Shown: positions 41,961-54,629, counted from the stretch's first letter. The stretch is DNA of 64,000 nt from Camelus ferus (GCF_009834535.1 NC_045696.1:95792001-95856000), one strand, 5' to 3'. The notes: generated by a model not told the origin, from the sequence alone. Program-made: numbers and translations.

Positions 41961-43066
41961 AAATGGAATATTACTCAGCCAAAAAAAGAATGAAATAATG
42001 CCATTTGCAGCAATATGGATAGACCTAGAGACTATCACATTAAGCGAAATGAGTCAGACAGAGAAAGATATATATATATGATCTCAATTATATGTGGAAT
42101 CTAGAAAAAAATACAAATTTTATTTACAAACCTGAAATAGTCTCTCAGATACAGAAAACAAACTGGTTACCAGAGGGGAAAGTGGGGCAGGGGAGAGATA
42201 GATTAGGAGTTTGGGATTAACAGATATATGTTACTATATATAAAATAGATAAACAAAAAGGATTTACTGTATAGCAGAGGTAACAATATTCAATTTCTTA
42301 TAATAACATATATTGGAAAAGAATCTGAAAAGAAAAAATACATATGTATATGTATAACAGAATCCCTTTGCTGTACACCTGAAACTAACACTGTAAATCG
42401 ACTACTCTTCAATAAAATATAAGAATGAAAAAAAGGTTAAATGAGAACATGAACATCAAAAGTGCTTGCTGTAGTGGCACAAACAAGCATCTACTTAATT
42501 TTAACTATAATAACAATACAATAAAAATAGTTTACTATTTTTAAAATATAGGTGCTAAATATACATCAAAATATAAAAATATAATCAATATACATTTGTA
42601 AGTTTTAAGAGAATGTATGAGACTAGGTTTTCTCAGAATGTCAAATATAAGTTATTTAAAAATCCTCCAAATTTTCCACTTAAACAATACCATTCCTTTT
42701 ATTCTTGTCACAACATAATTTGTATTTATCTTATCAGCAAAAATTTTATTTCCCCCTACTTTATGCAGATTCAAATAGGTTTCATGATGATTTATTAATT
42801 TAAACAGTTAAAAATATTTGTCCGATTTACCCTAAAAGAAAATCAAAAAATCTTTCAAAATGCTAATTGAAAGAAAGTTTACATGTACTTGTAACAAGGC
42901 ATCCCAATTCCCTGGAAGAAAAAATTACCGTAAGTGAAGTTGTTTTTACAACAGCATCCACGATCCTTACTTTCCACGGTTCATCAACATTTTCTGGTAT
43001 TGGTACATAAATAAAATAAGCAAAGAGAATACAAGTCAGTCCAAAGCACAGAGTTTTGTACCCCAT
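23611..43066 (-). CDS. AADACL2: Copy B: intact arylacetamide deacetylase-like 2 family gene (AADACL2-like paralogue), 5 exons join(42929..43066,31041..31263,27890..27959,25736..25907,23611..24213), 401 aa
   Basis: Hand-spliced exons total 1206 nt in one open frame, with GT-AG at every junction. N-terminal hydrophobic anchor, HGGAF, DYRLAP, GDSSGG (Ser189), TCQHD (Asp341), DGVHG (His371), ends WLEENL*. Symbol is family-level; strict orthology is uncertain. Confidence 0.93.
25736..25907 (-). CDS. Copy B exon 4 ([10 protein letters not shown]...[19 protein letters not shown])
   Basis: 172 nt; acceptor gaag|C after a long pyrimidine tract, donor CAG|gtatgt; catalytic GxSxG. Confidence 0.94.
27400..27540 (+). 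mobile_element. Very short L1 3' end in copy B intron 3
   Basis: Matches 42300-42415 (aaagaatctgaaaa...tttgctgtac.cctgaaactaacac). Confidence 0.85.
27890..27959 (-). CDS. Copy B exon 3 ([24 protein letters not shown])
   Basis: tttcatttcag|GG ... GA|gtaaga; 70 nt; phases match exons 2 and 4; not in the ORF track. Confidence 0.92.
28278..28786 (-). mobile_element. Solo ERV1-class LTR in copy B intron 2
   Basis: TG...CA termini, 4-bp TSD gaag, AATAAA on the minus strand near 28326-28331. Confidence 0.85.
31041..31263 (-). CDS. Copy B exon 2 ([10 protein letters not shown]...[14 protein letters not shown])
   Basis: Acceptor cag|GCT, donor A|gtaagt; 223 nt; oxyanion-hole HGGA. Confidence 0.94.
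32338..32426 (+). mobile_element. tRNA-Ala-derived SINE (vic-1-like, short)
   Basis: tagctcagtggtag...gggtccaatcccc, poly(A), TSD-like tt(t/c)aactaaa. Confidence 0.85.
33320..34272 (-). mobile_element. L1 ORF2 fragment
   Basis: ORF 33402..33584 ([13 protein letters not shown]) is L1 ORF2-like. Confidence 0.85.
34290..37205 (+). mobile_element. Old L1 (ORF2 to 3'UTR), degraded
   Basis: Colinear ORF2 motifs (cttagagggaaattt, atccttaacaaaatact, caagacttactaa, atgacccaac). Confidence 0.85.
38190..39012 (+). mobile_element. L1 ORF2 fragment hosting the SINE
   Basis: atggattagaagaattaat, gaccaatggaac, aaatggtgctgggaaaactgg. Confidence 0.85.
38709..38962 (+). mobile_element. vic-1-like SINE with extra 3' segment and second A-rich tail
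   Basis: A/B boxes; flanked by aataaattgtgctgg / aacaaatggtgctgg TSD inside a host L1. Confidence 0.8.
39445..39878 (+). mobile_element. hAT-Charlie-type DNA transposon relic
   Basis: cagtggttttc start; gagttttccagaggctac...atgcaaaagcagataagagaatccagct; aaaagtttgaaaatc end. Confidence 0.7.
41416..41458. repeat. (AAAC)n(AAGC)n compound microsatellite
   Basis: Directly visible. Confidence 0.9.
41930..41960. repeat. (CA)n microsatellite
   Basis: Directly visible. Confidence 0.9.
42929..43066 (-). CDS. Copy B exon 1 ([46 protein letters not shown])
   Basis: ATG at 43066; 138 nt; donor ACG|gtaatt; signal-anchor segment. Confidence 0.92.
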
Positions 43067-43109
43067 GATATTCTTTTTACAACCTCTGTATAGTGATGAT
43101 TTAATGGCA

Positions 43110-43345
43110 CCCAATATATATTGAAATGCTAAGTAGTAGGACAAAGGTAGATGACAAACTCAAATAATAGGGCCATTTTAGCAATACTGACCTTTCAGTT
43201 CCAAGATTAACAGTGACTGTAGCAACTAGTTCAACAACTACACACTCTATCTGAAATACAATTCACCATATATCTCATCAGATATGCTGACAGAATAGCA
43301 GATGATTTAAAATGCTGGTAGAAGTTCTTTCACCCTGTGACACTT
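43110..43345 (-). promoter_or_regulatory. Putative proximal promoter of copy B
   Basis: TATATA ~50 nt upstream of ATG; TCACCCTGTGA at 43330-43340 is shared with copy A at similar spacing. Confidence 0.45.
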
Positions 43346-44619
43346 GTCATTATCTCAGCACAATAAATTTTATTAGGAGTCTAAGCAGAGCACGAGACAA
43401 ACCATGGAGTCTGTTTCTCACATCAGTATTTTGCAAATATTAGTGTGAAGAGGCTAAAAAAAAAAAAAAAAACAAAACCCTGTCAGGTAATAGTTAATCA
43501 GCCTCAAGCCTAATGCCTTTAGCATAGATTATTAACAAAATTAAAATCCACTGTCATCATCTGAACTTCAGATAAGGAGAAAGGAACCTGGTATTCTTGT
43601 CCAAGTTTTCCAGAGTTAATTCATCCAGCCCAGAAATATTTATAAAGTGTTTACTTATGTTAAATGTGCAAATATTCAATCTATATAGTTGAGTAGTGCA
43701 AAAACTATGTATTCATTAAGCAAATATTTATTGCATGCCTTACATATGCTGAACTCAGTTTTGGGCAAGATAGTAACAAAATTGAGCAAAACCTGGCATT
43801 TGTTCTTTCCTTCATGGAGCTTTTTCTAGCTATCTTTCTAATTTCCATTTTCCTTAAGACCATTTTTGGAAATTTTGTCATAGAATAGTTTATTTGGGGC
43901 CTCTCCTGTTTCTCTATTCATTTTGCAACAGAAGTTATTACCATTACTGTAATTGATATATTATCCCTATGCCATAATTTCTTACTACAACCTTGTTTTA
44001 TTATGTAAGCGCCAGACTGACAGGAATCAAGGACATGAATAAGAACTATGTGGGTGAGAGGATAAGAAGGTTGAAAATAAGCTAAATATGAACAGTCCAA
44101 CAAGTGGAAAAGCATAATGGGAAAATCAACATTTTTGAAATATCAGTCTAGTTTTGCATGTTCTTTCTTCCCCATCTTGTCTGCCTTACGTGGAATCTCA
44201 CCGGCCCTGCCCTTCTCCCCATCTAGATGGCTAGCTCTTTTTCTCTTAATTTCTCAAGGAGGGAATATACTGTCAGAAAATAGAAAAAATGACAAATTCT
44301 TCCTACCTTCTGCATTTTGAAATCTAAGTTCTTATGTTAACAAAAGGACTCTTGATGAAGACATGAGTTTATACACTTGATTGAGATCTGGAAGAGCTTC
44401 AAATGCAGAAATATTTTTCCTTGGTTGATTATTTTTCTCCTAATGGGTGTGCTGGTGAGGGAGGCTGGTAACCAGGTTGAAAGCAGACAAATCTTTCCCA
44501 ATATTTCCAGTGCTTATATACCAAATTTCTGCTGGAGGGAATTGTCTGCCAAGCACATAGGACAGAGCTTAATCTCAAAATTGTAGAAATCAGATGTGAA
44601 TTAAAACTAATTAATAATG

Positions 44620-46980
44620 CTACATAGCCACAACTCAGATAAATCCCTAATTGGTTTGAAATAATCAGTCCTCACACTTGCTACAAAATATAGGTAAGGA
44701 TGTTTCCTTTCCTTGTAAAAAATAAAAATTACTTCAGTTTCAAAGATGCTTCTAACCATGATGTCTAGTATACATATACATACACACACACAATGCAATA
44801 AAGCATACCCATACATAGATAACTCAGATATTGGAATTAACAACAACAGTAAAAAGATGTTCAAATAACTATTTTGAATATGTTAAAGAAATTAGAAAAG
44901 ATGGGGAAATGTATAAAAATGTTGAATTCATCATAGAAAAGTAAATTCTAAGAATATAAACTGTCCTACTATTAAAAGATATAATGTCAGAAATTAAGGA
45001 TTCATTGAGTGGACTTAGAAGACATGAACTTGAAGATATACCAATAGAAATTATGCATGTGTACAATATCAAATGGTCTAATGTATGTTTGATAACATTC
45101 CCAAAAGGACAGGAAAGAAAAAATGGGGAAGAAGTGTATTGGAAGAGACATTTGATGAGAAATTTCTAAAATTGATGAAAAACATGAGCCCACAATTCAA
45201 ACAGCTCAGTGAACTGAAAATAGTGTAAATACAAAGGAAACCACACATTGGCACATCATAGTTATAACTGCTGAAAATCAAAGATAAAGACAAAAAATCT
45301 TGTAATTGGAATTCTAAGATGACCACCCAAGATTTTCAGTCACTGTGGACAAACACCATATCCTCGTTATTTAATCAAATACTAATCCAAGTATTGCTAT
45401 GAAGGAATTTTATAGATGTAATTAAGGTTTCAAGCAGCTGACCTCAAAAGTTCAAATGCCAGCTTGAAAATCCTGAGGTCCAAATGTCAAGGAATGTGGG
45501 CAGACCCTGAAAGTTGAGTGGCTCCCAGGCAACAGCCTGCCAAAAAATGGGCACCTAAATCCTACAACCATAAAGAACTAAATTCTAGCATAACCTAAAA
45601 GAGCTTGGAAGAAGACTCTGAGCTCAGAGAAGCTAATAGCTCTCACCAACATCTTGACTTAGGCAGTACAAAACCCTTAAGGGCTGAACCCGTCCATACC
45701 ATGCAAGACTACTGACCCGCAGAATTTTGAAATAATGTTTGCATTGTCTTATGCCATTAAGCTTGTGGTAACTTATTATACAGCAATAGAAACTAATACA
45801 AATGTTAAAAGAAACCATTGGAGTGGGGGGCACATTATATTATTGAAGGAAACAACAGGAAGAGGATGGATGATATTACATACCAAGCAACAGACAGTCT
45901 GTTCAGACTGGCACAAATGTCAGAATTAGCAGAATAAGACGTTAAAACAGTATTCATAACTGTATACAAATGTTCTGTACGTTACAATATTGTTACAACT
46001 TCTAGCCAGGATAATTGGGCAAAAGAAGAAAAAAGGCATATACTTCGGAAAGGAAGAAATAAAATTATCATCTCTGCCCATAGATAACACACTCTTGTTT
46101 ACAGGAAACCCTAAGGATTCTAATAAAAACCTTTAGATCTAATAAACAATTTAAACAATATTATAGAAACAAGATCATTATATAAAGTCAAATCTATTTT
46201 ACACTATTCCAATGAACAGTCCAAACTGAAATTAAGAAAACAATTCCATCTACAATGGCATCAGATATAATAAAATATTTAGGAATAAAAGTAATTGCAA
46301 AACTTGTGCTCTGAAAACTACAAAACATTGTTAAGGGAAATTAAAGAAGTCCTAAATAAATGGAAAGACATTGTGTATTTATGAATTGAAAGACTTAATA
46401 TTGTTAAGATGGCACTATTCCTCAAATTGATCTGCAGATTCAATGAAATTCCTATTAGAATACCAATTTACTTCTTTGTTGAAAGTGGCAAGCTAATTTT
46501 CAAATTCATATGAAACTACAAGAAACCCAGAATAACCAAGAATCTTGAAAAAGACAAACACAATTGAAGGACTCAAATTTCCCAAATTCAAGGCTTACTA
46601 CAAAGTAACAGTAATCAAGTTGGTGTAGTACAGGCATATGGATACTCATATAAATCAACAGAATAGAATTGAGTGTCTGGAAATAAACCTACATGTCTAT
46701 AGTTAACTGATTTTGGGGAAGGATGCCAAGACCATTCAATGGTGGGGAAAATAATCTTTTCAACATATGGTGCTGGGACAACTGGATAGCCACCTGCAAA
46801 AGAATAAATTTGATTCTTTAACTCACACAATATACAAAAAGTTACCCCAAATGGATCAAAGACCTAAATGTAAAAGCCATAACTGTACAACTCTTAGTAG
46901 AAAACAGAAGTAGATCTTTATAAATTCGTATTTGGCAGAGAATTCTTAGATATGACACCAAAAGTATCCGTAACAAAGAA
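44620..46980 (+). mobile_element. Old L1 fragments (ORF1 and ORF2), interrupted by a MaLR LTR
   Basis: ORF1-like ggcacatcatagttataactgctgaaaatcaaag; ORF2 motifs from 46000 to 46980. Confidence 0.75.
45301..45800 (+). mobile_element. MaLR (MLT1-like) solo LTR
   Basis: Ends gtggtaacttattatacagcaatagaaactaataca; 5-bp TSD-like aatct/aatgt. Confidence 0.8.
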
Positions 46981-48720
46981 AATGGTGGTCACTGAGGAAA
47001 TTCAGACCCTTAGAAGTAAGCAGGGGAGAAAGTACAGAAAATGAGTTGGGGGACCTCTGAAGAATTTGATCCACTTTGCAGTACTGCTCTACTTAGCCCT
47101 GCGCATGGTCTTGGTCCCTCAAGTAACCTATGGTATTTTTAAAATTTTGTGACCTAGCCTCATAAGTTATGCACTGTCACTTCAATTGTATTCTGTTGTA
47201 ACATAGGCCAGCCTGTACTCAATTTAAAAAAGGACTCCACAATGCAGAAATAACATGAGGCAAGTATAATTGGTGGACACACTAGTTGGCCACACCAACT
47301 ACCATTTTGAATAATCCATGACTGAAGAGAATAAATTTAATATGAGATATAAGTGAGCTGTACAGTGCAGTGCAATACGTGGATAGTAGTGGATAATGTA
47401 AGTCTTCTTAGATATCTTTTAAACTATTTTTTTGTGTATCCTGGCTTTGGTATACTTTATTTCAGACATCCATCCACCTGTGACTCATTTTGAAAACTTT
47501 CCTGGATACTACACCAGCACACTTTGTCCACACATTGTATATAAACAGAGTGCCCTAAAATTCATACCACAACCACCACCACCCAGGCTGTAACTGTATT
47601 TTGTCAAATAAAGTAATATAGAACCCCTAGCCCTGCTGGCTGGGGTCCAGACGGCTCTGATGTGTGACCTACACTCCAATCAGACTGAATCTATATTCTG
47701 AGGCTCCTTGCCTGACTCCATATACTCACATGACCTCATCACTTTCATCTTCCTATTTCCTATGTTACCTTACAGATTTTCTGAGAGCTTTCCTTAAGAA
47801 ATTACTGGCACATGTCCCTTTGTCTAAGAATCTGCTTCTGGGGAATACTACCTATGATATGTGAGACTACAACCAACATTTAAGTAAGAAAGAACAATTT
47901 TAGCCCAACTCTTCCACAAAATGTAACAGTAAGAAATACTTCCCAATTCACTTAGAGGGTTCAGTATGGCCTTAATATCAAAGCATGGCAAGGACATTCG
48001 AAGAAATATTATAGGAAATTATCACTCATGAACATAGATACAAAAACATGAAACTGTTAGCAATTCAAATCAAGATAAATAAAATGTGCAGAATAGTTGA
48101 ATCACGGTCATAATGTTTTACTAGTTGGCTAGATATATGAAAATTTTCAGGACCCTTGAAAATATCTTGAGCATAATTCAGGTATCTAAAAAATACTCAT
48201 ATCTGCAGGGGGTGTTAATTCACATGCAATACACTTTGAAAGATAAAAAAAGGGTAAATGATACACTTACCTTTCATCCTTGTCCCTCGCATTGAGGCAA
48301 TTAACAAAACACAGATATAAAGAAACAAAGTCTATGAATATAAATACATGAGTTTGTGCATATGTATACTCCCCATCCCCTCTTTATTCCAGTGGTAGAA
48401 CAACAGAAGGAAATGGTTAATTCTACCTAGAAAGGGTCACAAAAATGCATCATAGGGTAAGTGAGTACATCTTAAGACAGGAAATGAAAGTTGAGTTGGT
48501 GCTTGTGTGGAGAGAGGGTAAGAGGTAACATCTTTTTCGTAGAAGAAAGGCCCTGAATAATGAGAGTTTAGTGTATTTTCTTAATTCTAGGCAATTACAG
48601 AGTGCAATTATGGACAGAGAGATAGATAAGTTGGCCTGAGATAAAGAAATTTTATAGGCCATATGTAGGAGTTAGGGCTTTATCCTGAGGGAACTGGGGA
48701 ACCATATGGTTCTCTTTCCG

Positions 48721-49670
48721 TGAGGTCATCACAATTTATTCATGCTGTACTTGTGTAAGTGTTAATAACGCCTACTTCATCTTCACAATTATCTTGTTTA
48801 TACAATAAATTATCTGGTTGCCCATCTATAAAGGTGGTTAGGGTAACCACATATCTGACCTTGCATAATTAGACTGACAGAAAAAAGATATTGGAAAGAC
48901 ACCCAGTCACCCACAGAAAATCTGATGACACTGAATTGTGTGTGAGGGAGCCCCTGGCAGGAAGTGCAATGTGCAGCACTTTCCTGTTGTCTCATCAACT
49001 TAGAACAAGAAGGGAGAAATTCACAAAGTAATCTCCCAGATCCGCAAACCCTGACTTTTTCTTGAACTGTAGACTCATACCCTGATATTTCAGCAAGAAG
49101 AAGAAACAATAAAACTCAAGCCTAACACAAAGCAAAGTGGCTGACATCTCGTGCCCATGGGAAGAACACTCGTATCTAGTGTGTCCAGTATGAGCAGGTG
49201 TCAGATCTCTGTTTTTCTCTAAATTTGGCATTGGCTACCTAAGGGACCAGAATAGTACCCAGGGCTGAACCTTCATTTCAGTGGGTCAGATTCTTCAGGT
49301 GTCTTCCATCCCATTTTCTGCACCCTATTCCCACTCACTTTCATAGGTCTGAATTCCCCCACTGACCACCCCTCTCAGATCTTCCTACAGTGCCTAGATG
49401 CTACTTAAATCACCTCTAGTTGTCTCCTTCTAGTCAAAACCTACTTTCCTCTAAGGGAGCTGATTTGATTTGTTATGGTATCATTAATAATAACAGCAAC
49501 AACAAACTAAAATGGACTATACATGTACATATATCAGGCAAACTGGTATATTCTGATTAAAGTTATCACAATCATCACTTTGCACATCTCTCACCCTTCT
49601 AAATATCAGATTGTTAAGCCTCAAAAACATGATATCTTACCTTTGAAATAGTACACACCTCTGTCTACAA
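48721..49670. repeat. Duplicated non-coding block, copy upstream of B
   Basis: Colinear with 17281..18145. Confidence 0.9.
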
Positions 49671-50289
49671 TCTCTGCATAAGAGGTACACTTAAAAACTG
49701 GTTTAGGAGGACTTTGCCTCCATTAAGTACCACTGTTGATTCCCACTGGAGCACACCTTCAGCCATCTCATTCTAGCTAAGTCATAAAAGTATTACAATT
49801 CCCTATTTTTATGTTTCTTTATACCAATGTTAAAGAAAGGGTTTCTACTTAGAGCTTGAACTATATCTAAATAGGACACTGTATTTCACTATAACTGAGT
49901 CTAACCAGCCAGGCTGATAAACTCAGCTCACTACCAACCCCAGAACTTAATGGAAGGTTTTACACTGAACAATAAACAAGAAACTCACTTTAACCAATCA
50001 AAGACAGATTTCTAGACTCATGTTACTATATCCAGGGTGCAAATATCAGAGCTTAATTACTGTAACCATAAGATAAATTATCTTCCTGACGTAAAATTTC
50101 TGGATTTTTCTCCTCAGTGTTCTAGCAAGTGTTTCTTTACCTAACAAGTAAATAAATTAACTTAGCACTTGTCTACTTGATCACTGCTGCATTTACACAC
50201 TAACATCTCGATTTGGTATTTTGATTATATTTTATATTAAGTTTTTAATTAACTGTAATACTTTAAAGAGGTTCATTATATAATATATC

Positions 50290-50995
50290 TTCACCAAGGG
50301 GTTTCATTCCAAGAATTCAAGCCTGGGTCAACATTTAAAAATCAAAGGAATTAGTTATATTAATAAATAATAAAGAAGAACAGTTGGTTATCTAAATAGG
50401 TGCAGAAAATACATTTGACAGAATTCAAGGTCGATTATAATAAAAACACTCAGTGAACAAGGAACTGAAGGGAACTTCCTTAATTTGATGAAAGGCATCT
50501 ACAAATTTATACAGCTAACTTAACAGGGAAAGGCTTTCCAACTAAGAATGGGAACTAGACCAAAATGTCTTCTTTAATAATTCCTGTTCATCATTATACT
50601 TGGGAGTTTTAGTCAAGACAAGAAAAAGAAATAAAAGGCATCAGTTTGGAAAAGGAAAAGTGAAACTGTCTCTATTCATGGACAGCCTTATTGTCTACAT
50701 AGAAAATTGCAAAGTATCTATAAAAGAAAAATCTCCCAGCATATTAAGTGAGTCTAGCACAATCAGAGAGTACGAAATCAATCTTCCACTTACTAGCAAT
50801 AAACAATTGAAATTTGAAAAAAAAATTACAACAGCAAAAACTGTAACAAGTATAAATTTAACAAAATGTATTCAGACATATATACTGAAACTCTACTGAA
50901 AAGTAAACACTGATGAAAATAATCCAGTAATACCTAAATAAATGGAGAGATATGTTCATTTACTAAAATACTCAATATTATTAAGATGTCATTGT
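50290..50995 (+). mobile_element. Old L1 ORF2 (RT region) fragment
   Basis: aggtgcagaaaatacatttgac, gggaacttccttaatttgat; KLSLFMDSLIVYIEN resembles KLSLFADDMI. Confidence 0.8.
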
Positions 50996-51693
50996 AGCCC
51001 CTGTAAGGATCGGTGATGAGCTTCCATTCTTGAGTAATACCACAGTCCAAAAATTCTAAGTAATGTAATAAAAATAAGACAGTCATGTGCAGTTGGTTAA
51101 GGAACATTATTAAAATAATAAAATCTATGCATGGCAGTTTGATGTTGCAAAAGGGAATTAGACTCTAGCTATTAAGCATTTCCTTCTACAAAAAAGAAGC
51201 CAACCAATATACTTGAAATCAAATCTTTTTTGCATTAAAGATGATAAAAAAAAGTCACTAGTCTATGAATACAAATTGACATAAAATTTCACAAGAGAAT
51301 GTAGTCTCTTCTACCTACATACAAATGCCCTTATAATTTTTATTTATTATCTTAAACCTCCCTACTCAATATCATTCTTGACATTTCCTGAAAAGTACAA
51401 TCACTTCACTTATTCTCTTAATACAACTGGCCTATTTTAAGAGCTGCTCCATCAGAATGAATTATAGTTCAAGTAAAGAATAGGTGCAATTTTCTTCATT
51501 TTACAGATGCAGGATATAAGATCAGAAAAAACAATAAAGTTTCCCAAGGCATACAATAATTGTTTTAGCTCTAATTCAAACCTAGTTTGGCCAACATTAA
51601 TTCCATAATTCTTTCCATTTTACTCTAAAATATCATAACTTAACCTTTGGATTATATCTACTAAATGATGGGCTATATGTACATATTATATAT

Positions 51694-52267
51694 TTATAAG
51701 TTTTTATTCAGCCTACTAATATGCTTATCTCTTATCCTGTGCTTAGGCATAAATGAAAAAGATTCTATGAATATTAAAGTTCCATGGAATCCATCTTCTA
51801 TATGGTCATAATTAACTTAAACTCCTACATTCTGAAAACTTTTAACAAACATAAGGTCATAAATTATTTTAAATCATACTGACAAGTGAGAATGTCGATT
51901 GATGTAAAATTTTGTAACAGAATCATTGGCCAACAAGGGTGATATTCTCTTATCAATAAGTCCTAGAAGTGAATAACTATATCTTCCAAGAGTTGGTTTA
52001 TCGTAATTCTAATCCCTTCTGTATTTCTCAGAAAGTAAGTTACTCCAGTAAACAGATATTGATTCCATAGACATAAGTTGGGTTTTTCCCTATTGTTTGG
52101 GAAATCTTTCCTCCTTAGTCAGTTCATTGTATTGCCAAATAACTTGTCATAAATTGAAATTCTAACTTTATAGGATAGATGGCAAGGAAGTATAAATTGT
52201 ATTTAAGCCAGACTAAATTAAAGCTTGTTTCTCAATTTTGTTTTTTTATTTCAGAACTGCAATGCAC
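51694..52267 (-). pseudogene. Copy C: decayed terminal exon (exon 5) of a third AADACL2-family copy
   Basis: Acceptor acag|GTG; recognisable fragments YWSNLLSEKYRR, PTLGRYSYSLLGLIDKRISPLLANDS, QNVGV*VNYDHIEDGFHG...RIRDKHISRLNKNL*; 574 nt vs 603, several stops and indels. Confidence 0.88.
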
Positions 52268-54629
52268 CTGTCAGAATTATAAGTATATGTAAGTCAGAGG
52301 CTGCCAAAAATACATGATTAAGAAACTTCATTTCAAGCATAGATACAGGTAAGACAAGGTATAAATCTATAAAAATTAGTATAGTACTTATTAATATTTT
52401 AACAAGTTTAATAATGTCTTTCAAGTACATGAAAAATTATAACTTCAATGCTTAGCTAAATTTATAGATGTATTTTAAACTAAAATTATGAATATATCCA
52501 TATACACATATGTATGTGTAATAAGGAACATTTAAAAGTATATATATTAATAATATAAATGTATATAATAATGAGATATCATGATCATGGAAGCTAAGGA
52601 AAACTTTCCAATTTCATATATTGTCCAAATGCAAACTGAATTTCACACAAAATAGGTAACATTAATAGATAATAACTTCCCTTCTTGAAAGGCTACAGTG
52701 TGGTAGGAAGTAAGTGGAAGAAATTATGAAAAAACATTTTCTAATATCCATGAGTTTTAAAGGCAGGAGATTCTATTCAGAGCCTCTTAATCCTTCCAGA
52801 GAAGAAAAGTTTATCCTTAACTATTGGGCAAGGAGAGATCTTTTCTTTTCCTCTAGTCCTGGAAACTGCAGGGGAGAACCTGAAATTAACTTCCCAGGAC
52901 CAATAGTCTCAGGTACAGACTGGCATCTGTAACAACAGATTCTGAACAAATACCTGCTGCTGTAAAAAGTTCAGCGTCTGGGGGATGTGTCTCTAAGTCA
53001 AACTGTCACCATAGTTGCTGGCTGATTGTAAAGGAAGGAATAAAGTGAAATCCAAGAGGCACCTCAGAAGAGTAAATGGAATCCAACCACCTCTGCAATG
53101 CTCTCTCAAGGTGACAGAGGTTCCACAAGTTAAAATGAAAAATAGTAAAGACAAAGTTTTCTGACAGAAGTTCTCTCCAAGCCCCACATCTCTCCCCAGG
53201 GTGCTCAGGCAGATGATTTCCTGAAAGAGGATAAGTCATCAACTTCAATTCAGAAGCTATTGGGAAGAAAATCACAGTGAATACATAACTGGGAACTGCC
53301 AAAGAGATTCCTTACACACCATTTTTCAGGCAGGTATTGCTGATTCAGGGGTATATAAAGCCCATGTGGTCAGTTTCTTCTGTCAAATGAAACTGGAATA
53401 AAGATAGAAGTTAGGTATTTGATCTAATCCTTGGAAGTGTTGGGAAAAAGGTGAGTAGACTTTTATTGTGTTAGGGGTTGAAGCAAACCTTAAACTTTAA
53501 ACCAAAGAAACCTAGAAACAACATTAGGCTATACAATTATAAAAAGCTAGTGGGATAGGAAAAGAGCAAGCCAAAATGCCCATGTTATCATGGTGTTTTA
53601 GACCACTGTTGTCCCTTCCTGTGCCAAACTACTGAAGCTAGTTTACTGAGATGGTGAGAATTCCTTTCCTCTGGACACACACACAAAGCACACTTGTTAA
53701 TGACAGTCCGCAAAAAGTACTGCCTGGGGTGCGGAGTTACCTGAGTATGAATACCTCTTCAGAGATACTTGGGGAGCTATAAGCAGCTATTGTTAAATGG
53801 GAGGGCTATATGAGGAGTCTTCAAATTGCCTGAATGAACCTGAGACATTGGTAACTTGAGGAACAATGGAAGTTACCACCATAGTGCAAGTCAGACCACT
53901 GCTGACATAGAAAATAGCTAGGATCATATGATAGTGTCTAGTGTGTTAGTCAAGGGGAGCTTCCTGTGAAATCTGATGTATTTCTAGAACATCTCACATC
54001 TGACAGCCATTTGGAGAGGAAGCAGTTGTGCTGTTTCTAACTGGTACCATAATTAAACTCCTGTTTCAGGGAACACTTTGTCCAAGACCAGCTCTGGTAT
54101 CGGAGCCTTGAAAGAAAACTCCAGTTGCTAATGAACAACTGAACTATTATTTCCTTCAAAGTAAATTTTGTAGAACCTGAAAAGAAAGAACAATATGAAG
54201 ATGAGCCTACAGAGGCCATTTCATTGATTAAAAGTAGTTTTAAATCTTCTAGGCACCACAGGAAGAACATCAAAGTTTTTTTCCCATTAACAGCAACCAG
54301 GATGGAAGATCAGGGGAAGCATGCAGAGGCAGCAGTGACACTTTAGTGTGGTCACAGATTAATGACACTAATGTATCTTGTAAAGCAGCACTCATGGCCC
54401 TGGGAACCCCCTCATGGGGGAGGAGTGCTGACAAGGAGAAGGTCTTTCAGTCAGAGGGAGCAACCCTAATCACCAAATCCCCTTAACAGTTCTAGAAAAC
54501 GGCCTTTAACATTTGTAAGCATCTAATATCTGGCTCTAACCTTCCTTTCTGGGAAGCTAAATGTAATAACTTTCTTTTCCCAAAATGCTTCATTGTTTTC
54601 TGACTTCATTATATTGTCTGTTATCTCAA

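Larger units (their letters stand above)
39916..42432 (+). mobile_element. Internally deleted L1 (5' tip + endonuclease domain + ORF2 C-terminus + 3'UTR)
   Basis: caagatgg 5' motif; ORF 40175..40636 has EN motifs [28 protein letters not shown]-rich end. Confidence 0.9.

Noticed and set aside
43067..43144. N-terminal extension of copy B shown in the ORF track
   Set aside because: Non-ATG start; the ATG at 43066 gives the same 138-nt exon 1 as copy A.
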